Shown piece by piece: positions 37,810 to 50,000 of a stretch of 64,000 nt of DNA (the first letter of the stretch is position 1; every line of letters begins with the position of its first letter). The notes under the pieces were generated by a model that saw nothing but the letters and a program-made list of their open reading frames with translations, searched no databases and was not told where the DNA came from. This DNA is from Malacoraja senta (lineage: Eukaryota): positions 1-64,000 of the forward strand of contig JAXLNO010000384.1 of NCBI GenBank assembly GCA_038087875.1, read 5' to 3'. The translations under genes were made by a program, and so were the position numbers.

Positions 37810-38165
37810 GTGCTCCAAGGCCAGCTGGATCTCCCGGTTCCCAACCATTTAAACTCCCCTTCCTACTCCCACACTGATGTTTCTGTCCTGGGTCTCCTCC
37901 ATTGCCAGAGTGAGGTGACACGCAAACTGGAGGAACAGCACCTCATAGCTTACAGCCCAATGACATGAACATTGAATTCTCCAAATTAAGGAGACTCCCC
38001 CCTCCTAATCAAGTCCTGGAGTCTGTCCCGACCCCATCTCTATTTTCCAGCTTTCTCCCCAGACTCCATCAGTCCAAAGAAGGGTCCAGACCCGACCCGT
38101 TGCCTGTCCATTCCCCTCCAAAGTGCCGGTAGAACTCAGCAGGTCAGCCATCCGTGGTGAGAAAC
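37810..38165 (+). mobile_element. Penelope-like 3' fragment
   Basis: SVLGLLHCQSEVTRKLEEQHLI; homologous to 16670-16793. Confidence 0.7.
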
Positions 38166-38299
38166 GGATGGAGAAGTGTTCCTATTACAAGCTCTCCTTG
38201 GCCCTGTCAAGAATGCGGTGTCCATTCTTGGGAAGGTATACAAGGTCTGCGCTGACCAGTCATCGACACGCCCCCCCCCCCCTCCCTCGTGGGCCATCT

Positions 38300-38800
38300 C
38301 TTTGTCATTCCTCTGTCTTCTTCTCGCTGGATGACAAGCAGAACCATCTTGGCTTAACAGTAGATGTATCTTCTTCCTTTTGGCCTTTCGTTTCTGCAGG
38401 TATTTACAGCAGAATCAAAACTACTTCCCTTAGGTCCTGATCTTCCTTTTGTTTTAGTAAAGGTAGAACCTTTAACAGTTGCGATTGGTTTAGGATCTTG
38501 AATACTCCCATAGCGTAAATTTGACATGACCGTACTTTCTTTTCTATAAAGTTCCCCAGATCAGGAAGCATGGCCTCTCCATTCTCATTTTCCTCTAACA
38601 GACCAGCTTTACCTTTTCTCTAAGTCTATAGGGCAGTTTTAGAGTGATCATTTTCATATTGCTGACAACATTCATTTCTTGCATGTGGTCTAAGAGGGTA
38701 GTCATCTCTTTCATACTTCTAAGAAATATTGCAAACTCCCGCAATGCTTTCGCATCTTCTGGCTGGATAGCTGTCCAAGCATAGGCCTTCTTCATGAGGA
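38300..38800 (-). mobile_element. BEL/Pao gag fragment
   Basis: KAYAWTAIQPEDAKALREFAIFLRS...MKMITLKLPYRLREK resembles the BEL/Pao gag region. Confidence 0.7.
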
Positions 38801-39574
38801 TGTCTTTGGATCATGGAAGTTTAAAGGGACTTTTATGTAGTGTGTCGGCAGCGAGCGGCGACTGCGGAGGATTCAACAGCCCCGACCACGGGTGAGCAAA
38901 AGGGGAAGATGATTGAACTTTGTTACCTTCCATCACAGTGAGGAATGTGGATTCTGCTGTGGTGGATGTTTATGTTAGATTTTATTTTATGTGGCTGTGT
39001 GTCTTGTTGCTTTTTACTCAGTATGGCTGTATGGTAACTCAAATATCACTGTACCTTAATTGGTGCATGTGACAATAAATTCCAACTTGAACTTGATCAG
39101 CTTTCGTCTATATATTTAAAAAAGGATAATGCTGACTGATCATGCACAAATGTGACGGCTTGATATCAAGGACAGGGGCATTCCCTGAGGGATTTGGGTG
39201 GTTGGAAGAGGTTTTGTCTGTGTTTTTCCCCTCGGTTGTTGTCCGGGGAGGAAGGCGGCGGCACTCGGCCCGTCGGGGCTAGGATGCGCGGGAGGAAGGC
39301 TGAGCTTGGATTGAGGCTTGGAAGGCTGAGCTCGCCTCCCCTGCCCTGACCCGCATCCAGTCCACCACGGAGGGTGAAGCATGCAAACTCCACACGGACA
39401 GCGTCGGTGGTCACCCTGCCTCGAGACAGGCCCTTCGGCCCCTCTCGTCCGTGCTACCCCGGGCTTTCTGTAACAGTCTTGCACTGTTCTGCACTGGATA
39501 TTGCATTCATTGCGTTTGTCATCACTGTATGTATACTGTCTGCTCTGGCGGCTGCGTGTGAAAGGGCGATTTCA

Positions 39575-40925
39575 TCCTCATCTGCCGCCTAGGAGCTGCA
39601 CAGAAACCACCTACCCAAAGCCGACCTCCTGTCACACCCAACCAGGTTGCATCCCACCTACTGAATATTGCAAAAGCATCCCAAGACAAGTCCACTAGAA
39701 GAGCTGTCGCAACAGAGCTAAGGACACTTCGACGAACACCTGGAAAGGAAAGAAACCCTGAGCCCTTCGAGGTGGCTGAACTGGAGAAGGTCCTGCAGGG
39801 CCTGAAATGTGGAAAGGCAGCAGGTTATGATAACATCTCTCCAGAGTTCATGAAACACCTGGGCCCCCGAGCTCTAACCTGCCTGACCCAACTCTACACT
39901 AGGGCCGTACAGACTAACTCCATCCCAAAGATATGGCGGACAACAAAAGTCATTGCTATACCAAAACCTGGCAAAGACGAAAAACTACAAGCAAGCTACC
40001 GCCCAATCTCTCTACTCTGCGTCCCACTCAAAATCTTAGAACGCCTTATACTACAACGTATATCTCCAGGAGTAGAAGAGATTCTCAGTGTGGACCAGGC
40101 AGGTTTCCGCAAGGACCGCAGCACAGGAGAACAAGTTCTGGCCCTAACCACCTGCATTGAAAACGGCTTCGAGAACAAACAAGACCGGGGCAGTGTTCCT
40201 TGATCTCACCGCAGCCTATGACACTGTGTGGCACAATGGCCTCCTCCTAAAACTCACCAAAGCACTCCCTGCCTGGGCATCAGAAACCATCAAATCTCTG
40301 CTCTCCAACCGTTCAGAGTTCACCTTGGACAGAACAAATGCATGGAGAACGCAGAAGAATGGGCTCCCGCAAGGGTCAGTTTTAGCCCCAACCTTGTTCA
40401 ACCTTTACACAAATGACCTACCCACCACCAAATCCCGCAAATTCATCTATGCAGATGACATCTGTTTGGCCTTCCAAGCACCAGATTTTGGTACATTGGA
40501 ACAGGTGCTCAATGAAGACCTTGCTAAACTAGACGAGTACTGCAAAACCTGGCGCCTAAAACCAAGCCCAGAAAAAACGGTCTCCAGTGTGTTCCACCTC
40601 CATAATGCAGAAGCCACAAGAGAACCAAACATCTATCTGAGCAGGACCAAACTGAAGTATGCCACCACTCCAACCTACCTCGGAGTGACCCTTGACAGGA
40701 CCCTATCCTTCAAGGAAGATCTCAAAAGAACAGCAGCTAAGGTGAAGTCCAGAAACAATCTCCTCAGTAAGCTTGCTGGCTCAAAGTGGGGGGCAGCAGC
40801 CCCCACACTGCGCATTTCAGCACTAGCCCTTGCATTTTCTTCAGCCGAATATTGTGCCCCTGTTTGGTCCAGGTCATCCCACACACACCATGTGGACACC
40901 CAATTGAACTCAACAATGAGGATCT
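39575..40925 (+). mobile_element. Vingi/Ingi-like LINE RT fragment
   Basis: SYRPISLL, FLDLTAAYDTVWH, GLPQGSVLAPTLFNLYTNDLP, YADD, YLGVTLDRTL and LAGSKWGA. Confidence 0.8.
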
Positions 40926-40926
40926 A

Positions 40927-41570
40927 TCTATGTTAGCTTTCATAGCAAAAGGATTTGAGTATAGGAGCAGGGAGGTTCTACTGCAGTTGTACAGGGTCTT
41001 GGTGAGACCACACCTGGAGTATTGCGTACAGTTTTGGTCTCCAAATCTGAGGAAGGACATTATAGCCATAGAGGGAGTGCAGAGAAGGTTCACCAGACTG
41101 ATTCCTGGGATGTCAGGACTTTCACATGAAGAAAGACTGGATAGACTTGGCTTATACTCGCTAGAATTTAGGAGATTGAGAGGGGATCTTATAGAAACGT
41201 ACAAAATTCTTATGGGGTTGGACAGGCTAGATGCAGGAAGATTGTTCCCGATGTTGGGGAAGTCCAGGACAAGGGGTCACAGCTTAAGGATAAGGGGGAA
41301 ATCCTTTAAGACTGAGATGAGAAAAAACTTTTTCACACAGAGAGTGGTGAATCTCTGGAACTCTCTGCCACAGAGGGTAGTTGAGGCCAGTTCATTGGCT
41401 ATATTTAAGAGGGAGTTAGATGTGGCCCTTGTGGCTAAAGGGATCAGGGGGTATGGAGAGAAGGCAGGTACGGGATACTGAGTTGGATGATCAGCCATGA
41501 TCATATTGAATGGCGGTGCAGACTCGAAGGGCCGAATGGCCTACTGCACCTATTTTCTATGTATCTATGA
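40927..41570 (+). mobile_element. CR1 3' fragment
   Basis: MLAFIAKGFEYRSREVLLQLY...GYGEKAGTGY plus 3' UTR. Confidence 0.93.
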
Positions 41571-41589
41571 TAACAGAACTTGTGTGAAT

Positions 41590-42012
41590 GGGTAGACAAA
41601 AATGCTGGAGAAACTCAGCAGGTGAGGCAGCATCTATGGAGCGAAGAAAATAGGCGACGTTTCGGGTCGAGACCCTTCTCAGTCTGATGTGCGGGGGGGG
41701 GGGGGAGCGGGAAGAAAAGAGTAAGAGGCAGAGACAGTGGGCTGAGGGAGACCTGGGAAGCAGAGGAGAAAGCAGGGACTACCTGAAATTGGAGGTCAAT
41801 GTTCATACAGCTGGGGTGTAAACTACCCAAGCAAAATATGAGGTGCTGCTCCTCCAATTTACGGTGGGCCTCACTCTAGCCATGGAGGAGGCCCAGGACA
41901 GAAAGGTTGGATTCGGAATGGAAGGGGGAGTTGAAGTGCTGAGCCACCAGGAGATCAGGTTGGATATTGCGATCTGAGTGGAGGTGTTGTGCGAAGCGAT
42001 CGCCAAGCCTGC
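41590..42012 (-). mobile_element. Penelope-like 3' fragment
   Basis: KLEEQHLIFCLGSLHPSCMNID on the minus strand. Confidence 0.7.
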
Positions 42013-42026
42013 ACTTGATCTATCCG

Positions 42027-42400
42027 AGGTTGATCATACGCTGAATAATCCAACCAGATTTTTGTTTGGAAGTGGAAAGAGATAATAGAAATTGCATTAA
42101 TTGCAACGTGTAAAAAGAATTGAGATACTGTATTATTATTTTGCTGCATGTCATTGTGGTATATACCATGTCTTGATTGGTGAATATGTTTAGTTTGCGA
42201 CTTTATTTGTAGCAGAAATAATATGTGAATGCTTCATTGACCATAATTCCGACTGGTAATTACGCACTTCGTCCGAGCACATTATCGCACGCGTCATGCA
42301 AGCCGTCTTAAATGACCACCTAAACTGTCATTTGGCAACTTAAAAAGCTGCCGTGGTTGCCCGGCTGACAACAGGGGAAAAAAGTTAAGTGAGAGCCCTG
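42027..42400. mobile_element. hAT-like terminal fragment
   Basis: Ends GAGAGCCCTG (reverse of a CAGGG terminus); second copy at about 59150-59520. Confidence 0.55.
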
Positions 42401-42879
42401 TAGACAGAAAAAAAGCAGAACAATTATGAATCACGCATTGTATATCAAACTAGTAGCAAAATTCTGAATAAGCACAAGAGGGATGAACGCTGATTCTATC
42501 AAGACTACTGAATATTAAGGAACAACACTTCTTAACTGAACATTTTGAGTGACAAATGGAAAAATTAAAATACGTATTGAATTTAGTGTGCAAAGCTACC
42601 TGTGCGTATGAAAGATATGCCTTTTTGTTAGAACTCCAAAATTTAACAGTTGTACAATGAACTGAGCTTTTGGACAATTATGATCAGCTCATGAGCTCAT
42701 GTTTAGCAAGCTTGCATTCATCGGTCAGGATAATGTACAAGAATTAAGCCATCATATTAAAACTAAAAAGGTTATTGGTGAGACCACACTTGGGAGTACT
42801 GTGTGCAGCTCTGGTTGCTGTATCCATAAGAAGGAAAAGGTCAGAAAGAGTGCAGAAAAAGCATTCATAAGGATATTAT

Positions 42880-44589
42880 TAGCAATGTTACAAAATTTTG
42901 AGATTTTAAAAATAAAGTCTGTAATTTATCCCATCAGATAAAGCATAAAATGAAGTTCAATTTGACACCTAATTCACTTTCATATCTTCAGTATTAAAAG
43001 AGTTATGGCCATTTTCATACTCGGAAATTAGCATCTTGTTCCCTATTGCTTTTCCATTGACTTAACACAAAAGCTGTGATCGAGGACAGTCAAAAGCCCA
43101 TAACTTTCTTAAAAATTAAGAGAACTGAAAGAAATTTTCAGATGACATGAAATTAAAGCATACTTAGATGACATCAAATGAAAGCATATAATTAGTTAGT
43201 TACCTAATTGTAGCTAATTACAAAATTCAATTACTAGACCACTCTGTCTCACGGGTTGGCGGTCATTGGCGGTGAAGCGCGGCGTCGCCGGAAGAGGGGA
43301 CCGCACGGCAACCGCGAGAGCGCCGCGCCCATGCCGCGGGAGCGCCGCACGGATGCTGCGCGGGGGCCGAGTGATCTCCGTACGGCCGGTCCCACGAACT
43401 TGCGGTAAGTAAAAAAAAATTAAACCTTACCGGAAGCTGGTGCTGCGCGTATGCCGGGTGACCACCGCACGGCCTGTCCCACAAGCATGCGATCGCGGAC
43501 TTTTACCGGAAGCGGGGGGGTGCGCGGACGTCCATTTTGAGCGGAGTCTAGAAGGTCGAGCCTGACGCCATTTGTTGCAGGTAATCCTTAAATTTGTTAA
43601 ATCCTTAAATTTGTCGGGTGATGACGACATCGCGCGACGCGCTACGCGATGACGTCATTTCGGTTCGCGGGGCTGTGGCGGCGCTGGTGGTGATCGCGGT
43701 GCTGTAGCGGCGGCGGTGCCCGTGCCGCACACGTGCCTCACTGGCGGCGGCTGTGCGGTAGGAAAAGTTTTTCGACATTGTCGCTTTTTTGTGAGCACCG
43801 TGCGGTGTTGGGACCAACACCGCACAGCCCCGGCGGTGTGCGTTGGACCGACCCCGCGGTCTCTGGCGGTCCACGAGCGGTAGAAACTTCCTGTTTCACC
43901 GCCAGTAACCGCATACCCGTGAGACAGGCCTTTAAACATCTATCAATTTCTTAAGAATAGATTAACATTTTAAAATAGCCTAAGTGTCCAAATAACATTC
44001 ACACAAGAATTCACAATATAACATAATTTTTAAATCTCATTGTCATGGATTTACAGGCCAAATGGAAGGAATTTAATGATTAATACCTGTAAATAAATGG
44101 GCATTTAAATCATCTTGCGAGTGGGGTTTTCTGGAACGCGATCATTTGGAACGTTGATTTGCGGTGAATTTAACCCCGTATCAGTATGAAAAATTCTGCC
44201 GTTAGTTCGGGGAAAAGAATCACATTTTCGCATTAAAAATGTGAATTAAAAGCCTCTTAAGAAGCACTTTTATACAAAAAAATAAACTGCTTTCGTTTAC
44301 CTGTCCCGTGCGTGAAATCCGTCCCCGTTGTCGGTGTTGATGGCTTTCGAAGCTGATTTTAAAATAACTCCAGCGCTGACATTGTCGATCGAATAAAAAT
44401 AAAAAAGACACAAAACGCCCTTCGGAACGATTTTTCAGCAAAAGTTTCCACTCCAACGAAATATAATACATGACAAGGTAGGAGAAACCCGCGTTTAAAC
44501 CCCGCCCCCCCCTCAAAGGCGCAAAAATCGCGCTCACGGCCAGTGGCAGAATTGCAGCGCCGCTGAAGGTAAGTATTGTAACATACCTA
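42880..44589. mobile_element. Non-autonomous TIR DNA transposon with 7-bp TSD
   Basis: Termini TAGCAATGTTACAA / TTGTAACATACCTA; TSD ATATTAT at 42873-42879 and 44590-44596; the flanks rejoin into a LINE fragment. Confidence 0.75.
43244..43930. mobile_element. GC-rich MITE nested in the above (Harbinger-like)
   Basis: Inverted ends CTGTCTCACGGG / CCCGTGAGACAG; related GGCCTGTCCCAC at 43471. Confidence 0.55.
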
Positions 44590-44649
44590 ATATTATCAGG
44601 ATTGGTGGACTTTAGTTATAAGGAGAGTTTATTTAGTTTATACGCGTGT

Positions 44650-47600
44650 GGGTTTAAACTAAATAGTGGGGGGGGAGGGATTGACAAATTGGAAGTATAA
44701 AGATGGAGTTGAAGGGGAAGTGGCCACAGGAATAATTATAAAAGATTCTCGAATTAATGGGAAGGGAAACTTGAGAATGGACAGAGTAAGGTAAGGGCCA
44801 ATTGCGAGGGGGGAAGTGAATACGGAGATCAAAGTGCTGTATATGAATGCGCGAAGTATAAGGATTAAAGTGGACGAGCTTGAGGTTCTGTTAGAAACTA
44901 GCAAGTATGATGTGGGAATTACTGAGACATGGCTGCAAGAGGGCCAGGGCTGGGAACTGAATATTCTAAGGTATACCTCCTATCAAAAAGACAGACAGGT
45001 GGGCAGAGGGGGTGGGGTTGCCCTGATGGTGAGGAATGAAATTCAGTCCCTTGCAAGGGGTGACATTGAAACAGGAGCTGTGGAGTCAGTATGGATAGAA
45101 CTAAGGCTCAACACACGAGCCCACGACTGATGGAGAGAGGAATCACTCCGACAATGCCTCGCCAGGGGGCACGACCTCCCATGGCCAACCTGGAAGACCC
45201 TCAACAGATTACGAGTGGAGCAGGGGAGGTGTAAAGCACTTATGAAAGCATGGAACTACCAGGCAGAAGACACATGCAGCTGTGGAGCAGTACAGACAAT
45301 GTCCCACCTACTGGAGTGTGACGACGCCCTCCATAGTGCAGCCCCCAGGACCTGGCTGAACCGACTCGACCAGCTGTGACCTGCACCAGATACTGGCAGA
45401 ACGACATCTGAGATTGCAACGGACTCGAAGAAGAAGAGGAATTGTAAGGGTAAAAAGACCCTAATGGGACTAATCTACAGGCCCCCAAACAGTAGCCTGG
45501 ACATAGGGCGCAAGTTTAACCAGGAGTTAAAATTGGCATGTAGTAAAAGTAATGCTGTGGTTGTTATGGGAGATTTCAACATGCAGGTAGACTGGGAAAA
45601 TCAGGTTGGTACTGGACCCCAAGAAAGGGACTTTGTAGCGTGCCTTCGTGATGGATTATTTGAACAGCTTGTATTGGAACCGACCAGGGAGAAGGCAATT
45701 CTGGATTTAGTGTTATGTAATGAACCGGATTTGATAAAGGACCTCGAGGTCAATGAGCCATTAGGAGGCAGTGACCATAACATGGTTAGGTTTAATCTAC
45801 AATTGGAGAGGGAGAAGAGTAGATCGGAGGTGTCAATGTTGCAGTTAAATAAAGGGGACTATGGGGCCATGAGGGAGGAGCTGGCCAAAGTTGACTGGAA
45901 AGATACACTAGCAGGGATGACAGTGGAACAAAATTGGCAGGTGTTTCTAGGAATAATACAGAAGGTGCAGGATCAGTTCATTCCTAGGAGGAAGAAAGAT
46001 TCCAAGGGGAGAAAGGGACGACCATGGCTGACAAGGGACATCAGGGACAGTACAAAAATTAAAGCGAAGAAGTACAACGTAGCAAAGATGAGCGGGAAGC
46101 AAGAGGATTGCGTAATGTTTAAAGAGCAACAGAAGACAACCAAAAAGACAATACTGGGAGAAAAGATGTGGTACGAAGGTAAGCTAGCCAAGAATATAAA
46201 GCAGGATAGTAAAAGCTTCTTTAGGTATGTGAAGAGGAAAAAATTAGTTAAGACCAAAGTTGGACCCTTGAAGACCGAAAATTGTGAATTTATTATGGGG
46301 AACAAGGAAATGGCAAATGAGTTGAACAGGTACTTTGGATCTGTCTTCACTATGGAGGACACAAACAATCTTCCTGATATAGTAGTGGCCAGAGGATCTG
46401 GGGTGACAGAGGAACTGAAGGAAATCCACATTAGGCAGGAAATGGTGTTGGATAGACTGATGGGACTGAAGGCTGATACATCCCCAGGGCCTGATGGTCT
46501 GCATCCCAGGGTACTTAAGGAAGTGGCTCTAGAAATTGTGGGAGCATTAGTGATAATTTTCCAATGTTCTATAGACTCAGAATCAGTTCCTGTGGATTGG
46601 AGGGTTGCTAATGTTATCCCACTTTTTAAGAAAGGCGGTTGAGAGAAAATGGGAATTATAGACCAGTTAGCCTGACATCGGTGGTGGGGAAGATGCTGGA
46701 GTCAATTATAAAATATGAGATAGCAGTAACAGGATCGGTCCGAGTTAGCATGGATTTACGAAGGGGAAATCATGCTCGACTAATCTTCTGGAATTTTTTG
46801 AAGATGTAACTAGGAAAATGGACAAGGGAGAGCCAGTGGATGTAGTGTACCTGAACTTTCAGAAAGCATTTGATAAGGTCCCACATAAGAGATTAGTGGG
46901 CAAAATTAGGGCACATGGTATTGGGGGTAGAGTGCTGACATGGATAGAGAAGTAGTTGGTAGACAGGAAACAAAGAGTAGGGATTAACGGGTCCCTTTCA
47001 GAATGGCAGGCAGTGACTAGTGGGGTACCGCAAGGCTCGGTCTGGTACCGCAACTATTTACAATATACATCAATGATTTGGATGAAGAGATTCAAAGTAA
47101 CATTAGCAAATTTGCAGATGACACAAAGCTGGGTGGCAGTGTGAACTGTGAGGAGGATGCTATGAGAAAGCAGGGTGACTTGGACAGGTAGTGGGAGTGG
47201 GCAGATGCATGGCAGATGAAGTTTAATGCAGATAAATGTGAGGTTATCCACTTTGGTAGCAAAAACAGGAAGGCAGATTACCATCTAAATGACGTCAAGT
47301 TGGGAAAAGGGGAAGTACAATGGGATCTGGGGGTCCTTGTACCTCAGTCTATGAAAGTAAGCATGCAGGTACAGCAGGCAGTGAAGAAAGCCAATGGCAT
47401 GTTGGCCTTTATAACAAGAGGAATCGAATATAGGAGCAAAGAGGTCCTTCTGCAGTTGTACAGAGCCCTAGTGAGACCACACCTGGAGTATTGTTTGCAG
47501 TTTTGGTCCCCTAATTTGAGGAAGGACATTCTTGCTATTGAGGGAATGCAGCATAGGTTTACAAGGTTAATTCCCAGGATGGCGGGACTGTCATATGCTG

Positions 47601-47669
47601 AGAGAGTGGAGCAGCTGGGCTTGTACACTCTGGAGTTTAGAAGGATGAGAGGGCATCTCATTGAAATAT
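44650..47669 (+). mobile_element. CR1 LINE ORF2 (EN+RT), 3'-truncated
   Basis: VLYMNARSIR, GITETWL, MGDFN and GSDHN endonuclease motifs; ORF 45464-46642; RT motifs continue to 47669. Confidence 0.95.
45107..45436 (+). mobile_element. Vingi-like LINE 3' end inserted in CR1
   Basis: WKTLNRLRVEQGRCKALMKAWNY...CSCGAVQTMSHLLEC (CCHC), (GAA)n tail and short AGG duplication. Confidence 0.75.
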
Positions 47670-47730
47670 AAGATTGTGATAAAACAATATTAGCGAAAAC
47701 ATTAGCTAGAAGATTAAGTAAATATGTTAG

Positions 47731-50000
47731 TGTAGCGGCACCAAACGTGGTGAATAAAGAGGAGACGTCAGGCCGGTTCAAACAGTTGTTTATTCAAGGG
47801 TCGACACGTTAGGTTGGTGCGCTAACTATTATTAATGTTGTTGCTGAAGCTGAGGAGGTTGTTCCCTCGGGCTCAGCTACCGGTTGAACACCTGGTGGTC
47901 TCGAGGTGAGATGACCTTAAGTACCAGGACACTCCCTCTAGCCCATGACGTCACGTGCCCGCCCTCGTACTTCCTGACGAGGGTTCGAGCATAAGTGGCC
48001 CGTGTATAGGCTGCCGCCACAGGACCCCCCCCAGCACCGGAGGCAGGAATAGCCTGGTCGAGGGCGGCCACTGCATGTGGGGACACCCCTGGCGTGGTTC
48101 GGGACGGAGGGCTCCATGGGCGCTTGACGCTCTGCGTGGGCTCCACGGGCGCAGTGACGCTCTGCGTGGGCTCCACGGGCACAGTGACGCACTGCGTGGG
48201 CGATCCCGAGGTACCGAGGAGTGCGATGGGACCGATGCAGAAACCGCCGGACGGAAGGAATAGCATGGTCGAGGGCGGCTACTGCATGTGGGTCTGGGAC
48301 ACCCCAGGCGTGGGTCGGGACGGAGGGCCCACGGGCGCAGTAACGCTCTGCGTGGGCGATCCCGAGGTACCGAGGGGTGCGAGGGGACCGATGCAGTAAC
48401 CGCCGGACAGAAGAGACACAGTCGCATCTCCTCGACCAGCTAAGGGAGAGTGTCCTGTAAAATGCGGCCCCCAGGAATGGCTGGGAGACATCGTCATCTT
48501 TGAGGGGGAAAAAAAACCCCGAAATAAAATAAACAAACTAATTGCTGAACTCAGCGTGGTGCGTGGTGATGCAGTGAACACAAAATGAACAGAAAAAAAA
48601 CACAAATTACAGTGCAATCACTGTCCAAAGTTCAAATTGTCCAGTGTTCATAGTGCAGGATTTGAAAGCTGTGCAGCGTTGCAGTGACAGCCTCCCACTT
48701 GACAGTGGCGCTGTTGCCGGTAGTCAGGCTGCAGGGACGACATCCAGCTGGAAGGTGGCGCTGTGGACGGCGGTGAGGCTGCAGTGACGGCATCCGGCGG
48801 AAGGTGGCGCTGTGGATGGCGGTCAGGTGAGTACGATCTTTTCTCAGCGGCCATTTTAGTTGTAGTTTGTGTGACCACTTGTTCAGGAGGCCGCGGCGGC
48901 CATTTTGCCGGCCGGCTGAGGCGGCCTTCACCAGCAATTGAATCCCTGGGCCGGACAGGCAGACAGCCAGCCACCCAGGGATCTTCGGAGTCCACGCCGG
49001 TGAGGAGTAGAAGGGCGTCTTCGGCACGCGCCCCAGGTAAGCCCGCCCTAGCGGCCGGCGGGGCCAGGTGCGGTGCAGGGCGTGGAGCCGTGGCTGCTGC
49101 GAGGCCGGGTGCGGTGCTGGGCGTGGGGCCGCGGCGAGCCTGTTGCAGTGCCAGGTCCACGGTGAGGTGAGGCCGGGGCAGGGCCTGCAGCAGAGAGGCC
49201 CGGTGCAGTGCAGGGCATGGAGGCGTGTTCACGGTGCGAGGCCGGGGCCAGATCCGTTGTCAGGAGTGGGAGAAAGGCAGGTACTCTCTCTCTGCTCCAG
49301 GGGCCGTCGGGCGTGTGTAGGCGTTGCTACGCTCGCAGCTCCTGCAGCAGCTGGTGGGGCAGCGGCAGCTGGTATAACCTCTCCGCTCCGGTGGTCGGCT
49401 CCGGGCAGGTCATGTGGGAGAGCTCGGCGGCCGTCACACAAGGCCTGGTGCGGTGGGGGTTGAATGCGGGACCTGGTCCGTTGGCGGGAGCGGGAGAGTG
49501 GCGGCAGCCGCGGCTTCTCGGCTCCAGTGAGCAGCAGCTGGTGGGGAAGCGGCGGCATCCCAGATGTAGCGGCATACATTACCGCAGGGCCGGGTTGGCG
49601 GCAGCGTAGTTCTGCAGGACTGGGCAGTCGGCTGCAGACATCAGGTCTCCCAAGGCTGCGTTCTTCAGGAGAAATCCAAATTTCAATTTGGACAGTCGGG
49701 GGTCACCAATGTAGCGGCACCAAACGTGGTGAATAAAGAGGAGACGTCAGGCCGGTTCAAACAGTTGTTTATTCAAGGGTCGACACGTTAGGTTGGTGCG
49801 CTAACTATTATTAATGTTGTTGCTGAAGCTGAGGAGGTTGTTCCCTCGGGCTCAGCTACCGGTTGAACACCTGGTGGTCTCGAGGTGAGATGACCTTAAG
49901 TACCAGGACACTCCCTCTAGCCCATGACGTCACGTGCCCGCCCTCGTACTTCCTGACGAGGGTTCGAGCATAAGTGGCCCGTGTATAGGCTGCCGCCACA
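47731..50000 (-). mobile_element. Young non-autonomous Gypsy-like LTR retrotransposon
   Basis: 291-bp LTRs 47731-48021 and 49710-50000 (TGTAG...CCACA) with no difference seen. TSD TTAG; PBS-like TGGTGACCCCCGAC and G-rich PPT on the minus strand; no gag/pol motifs. Confidence 0.93.

Noticed and set aside
47877..49736. Many overlapping ORFs in the LTR element interior
   Set aside because: GC-rich stop-poor sequence with no gag, protease, RT or integrase motif.
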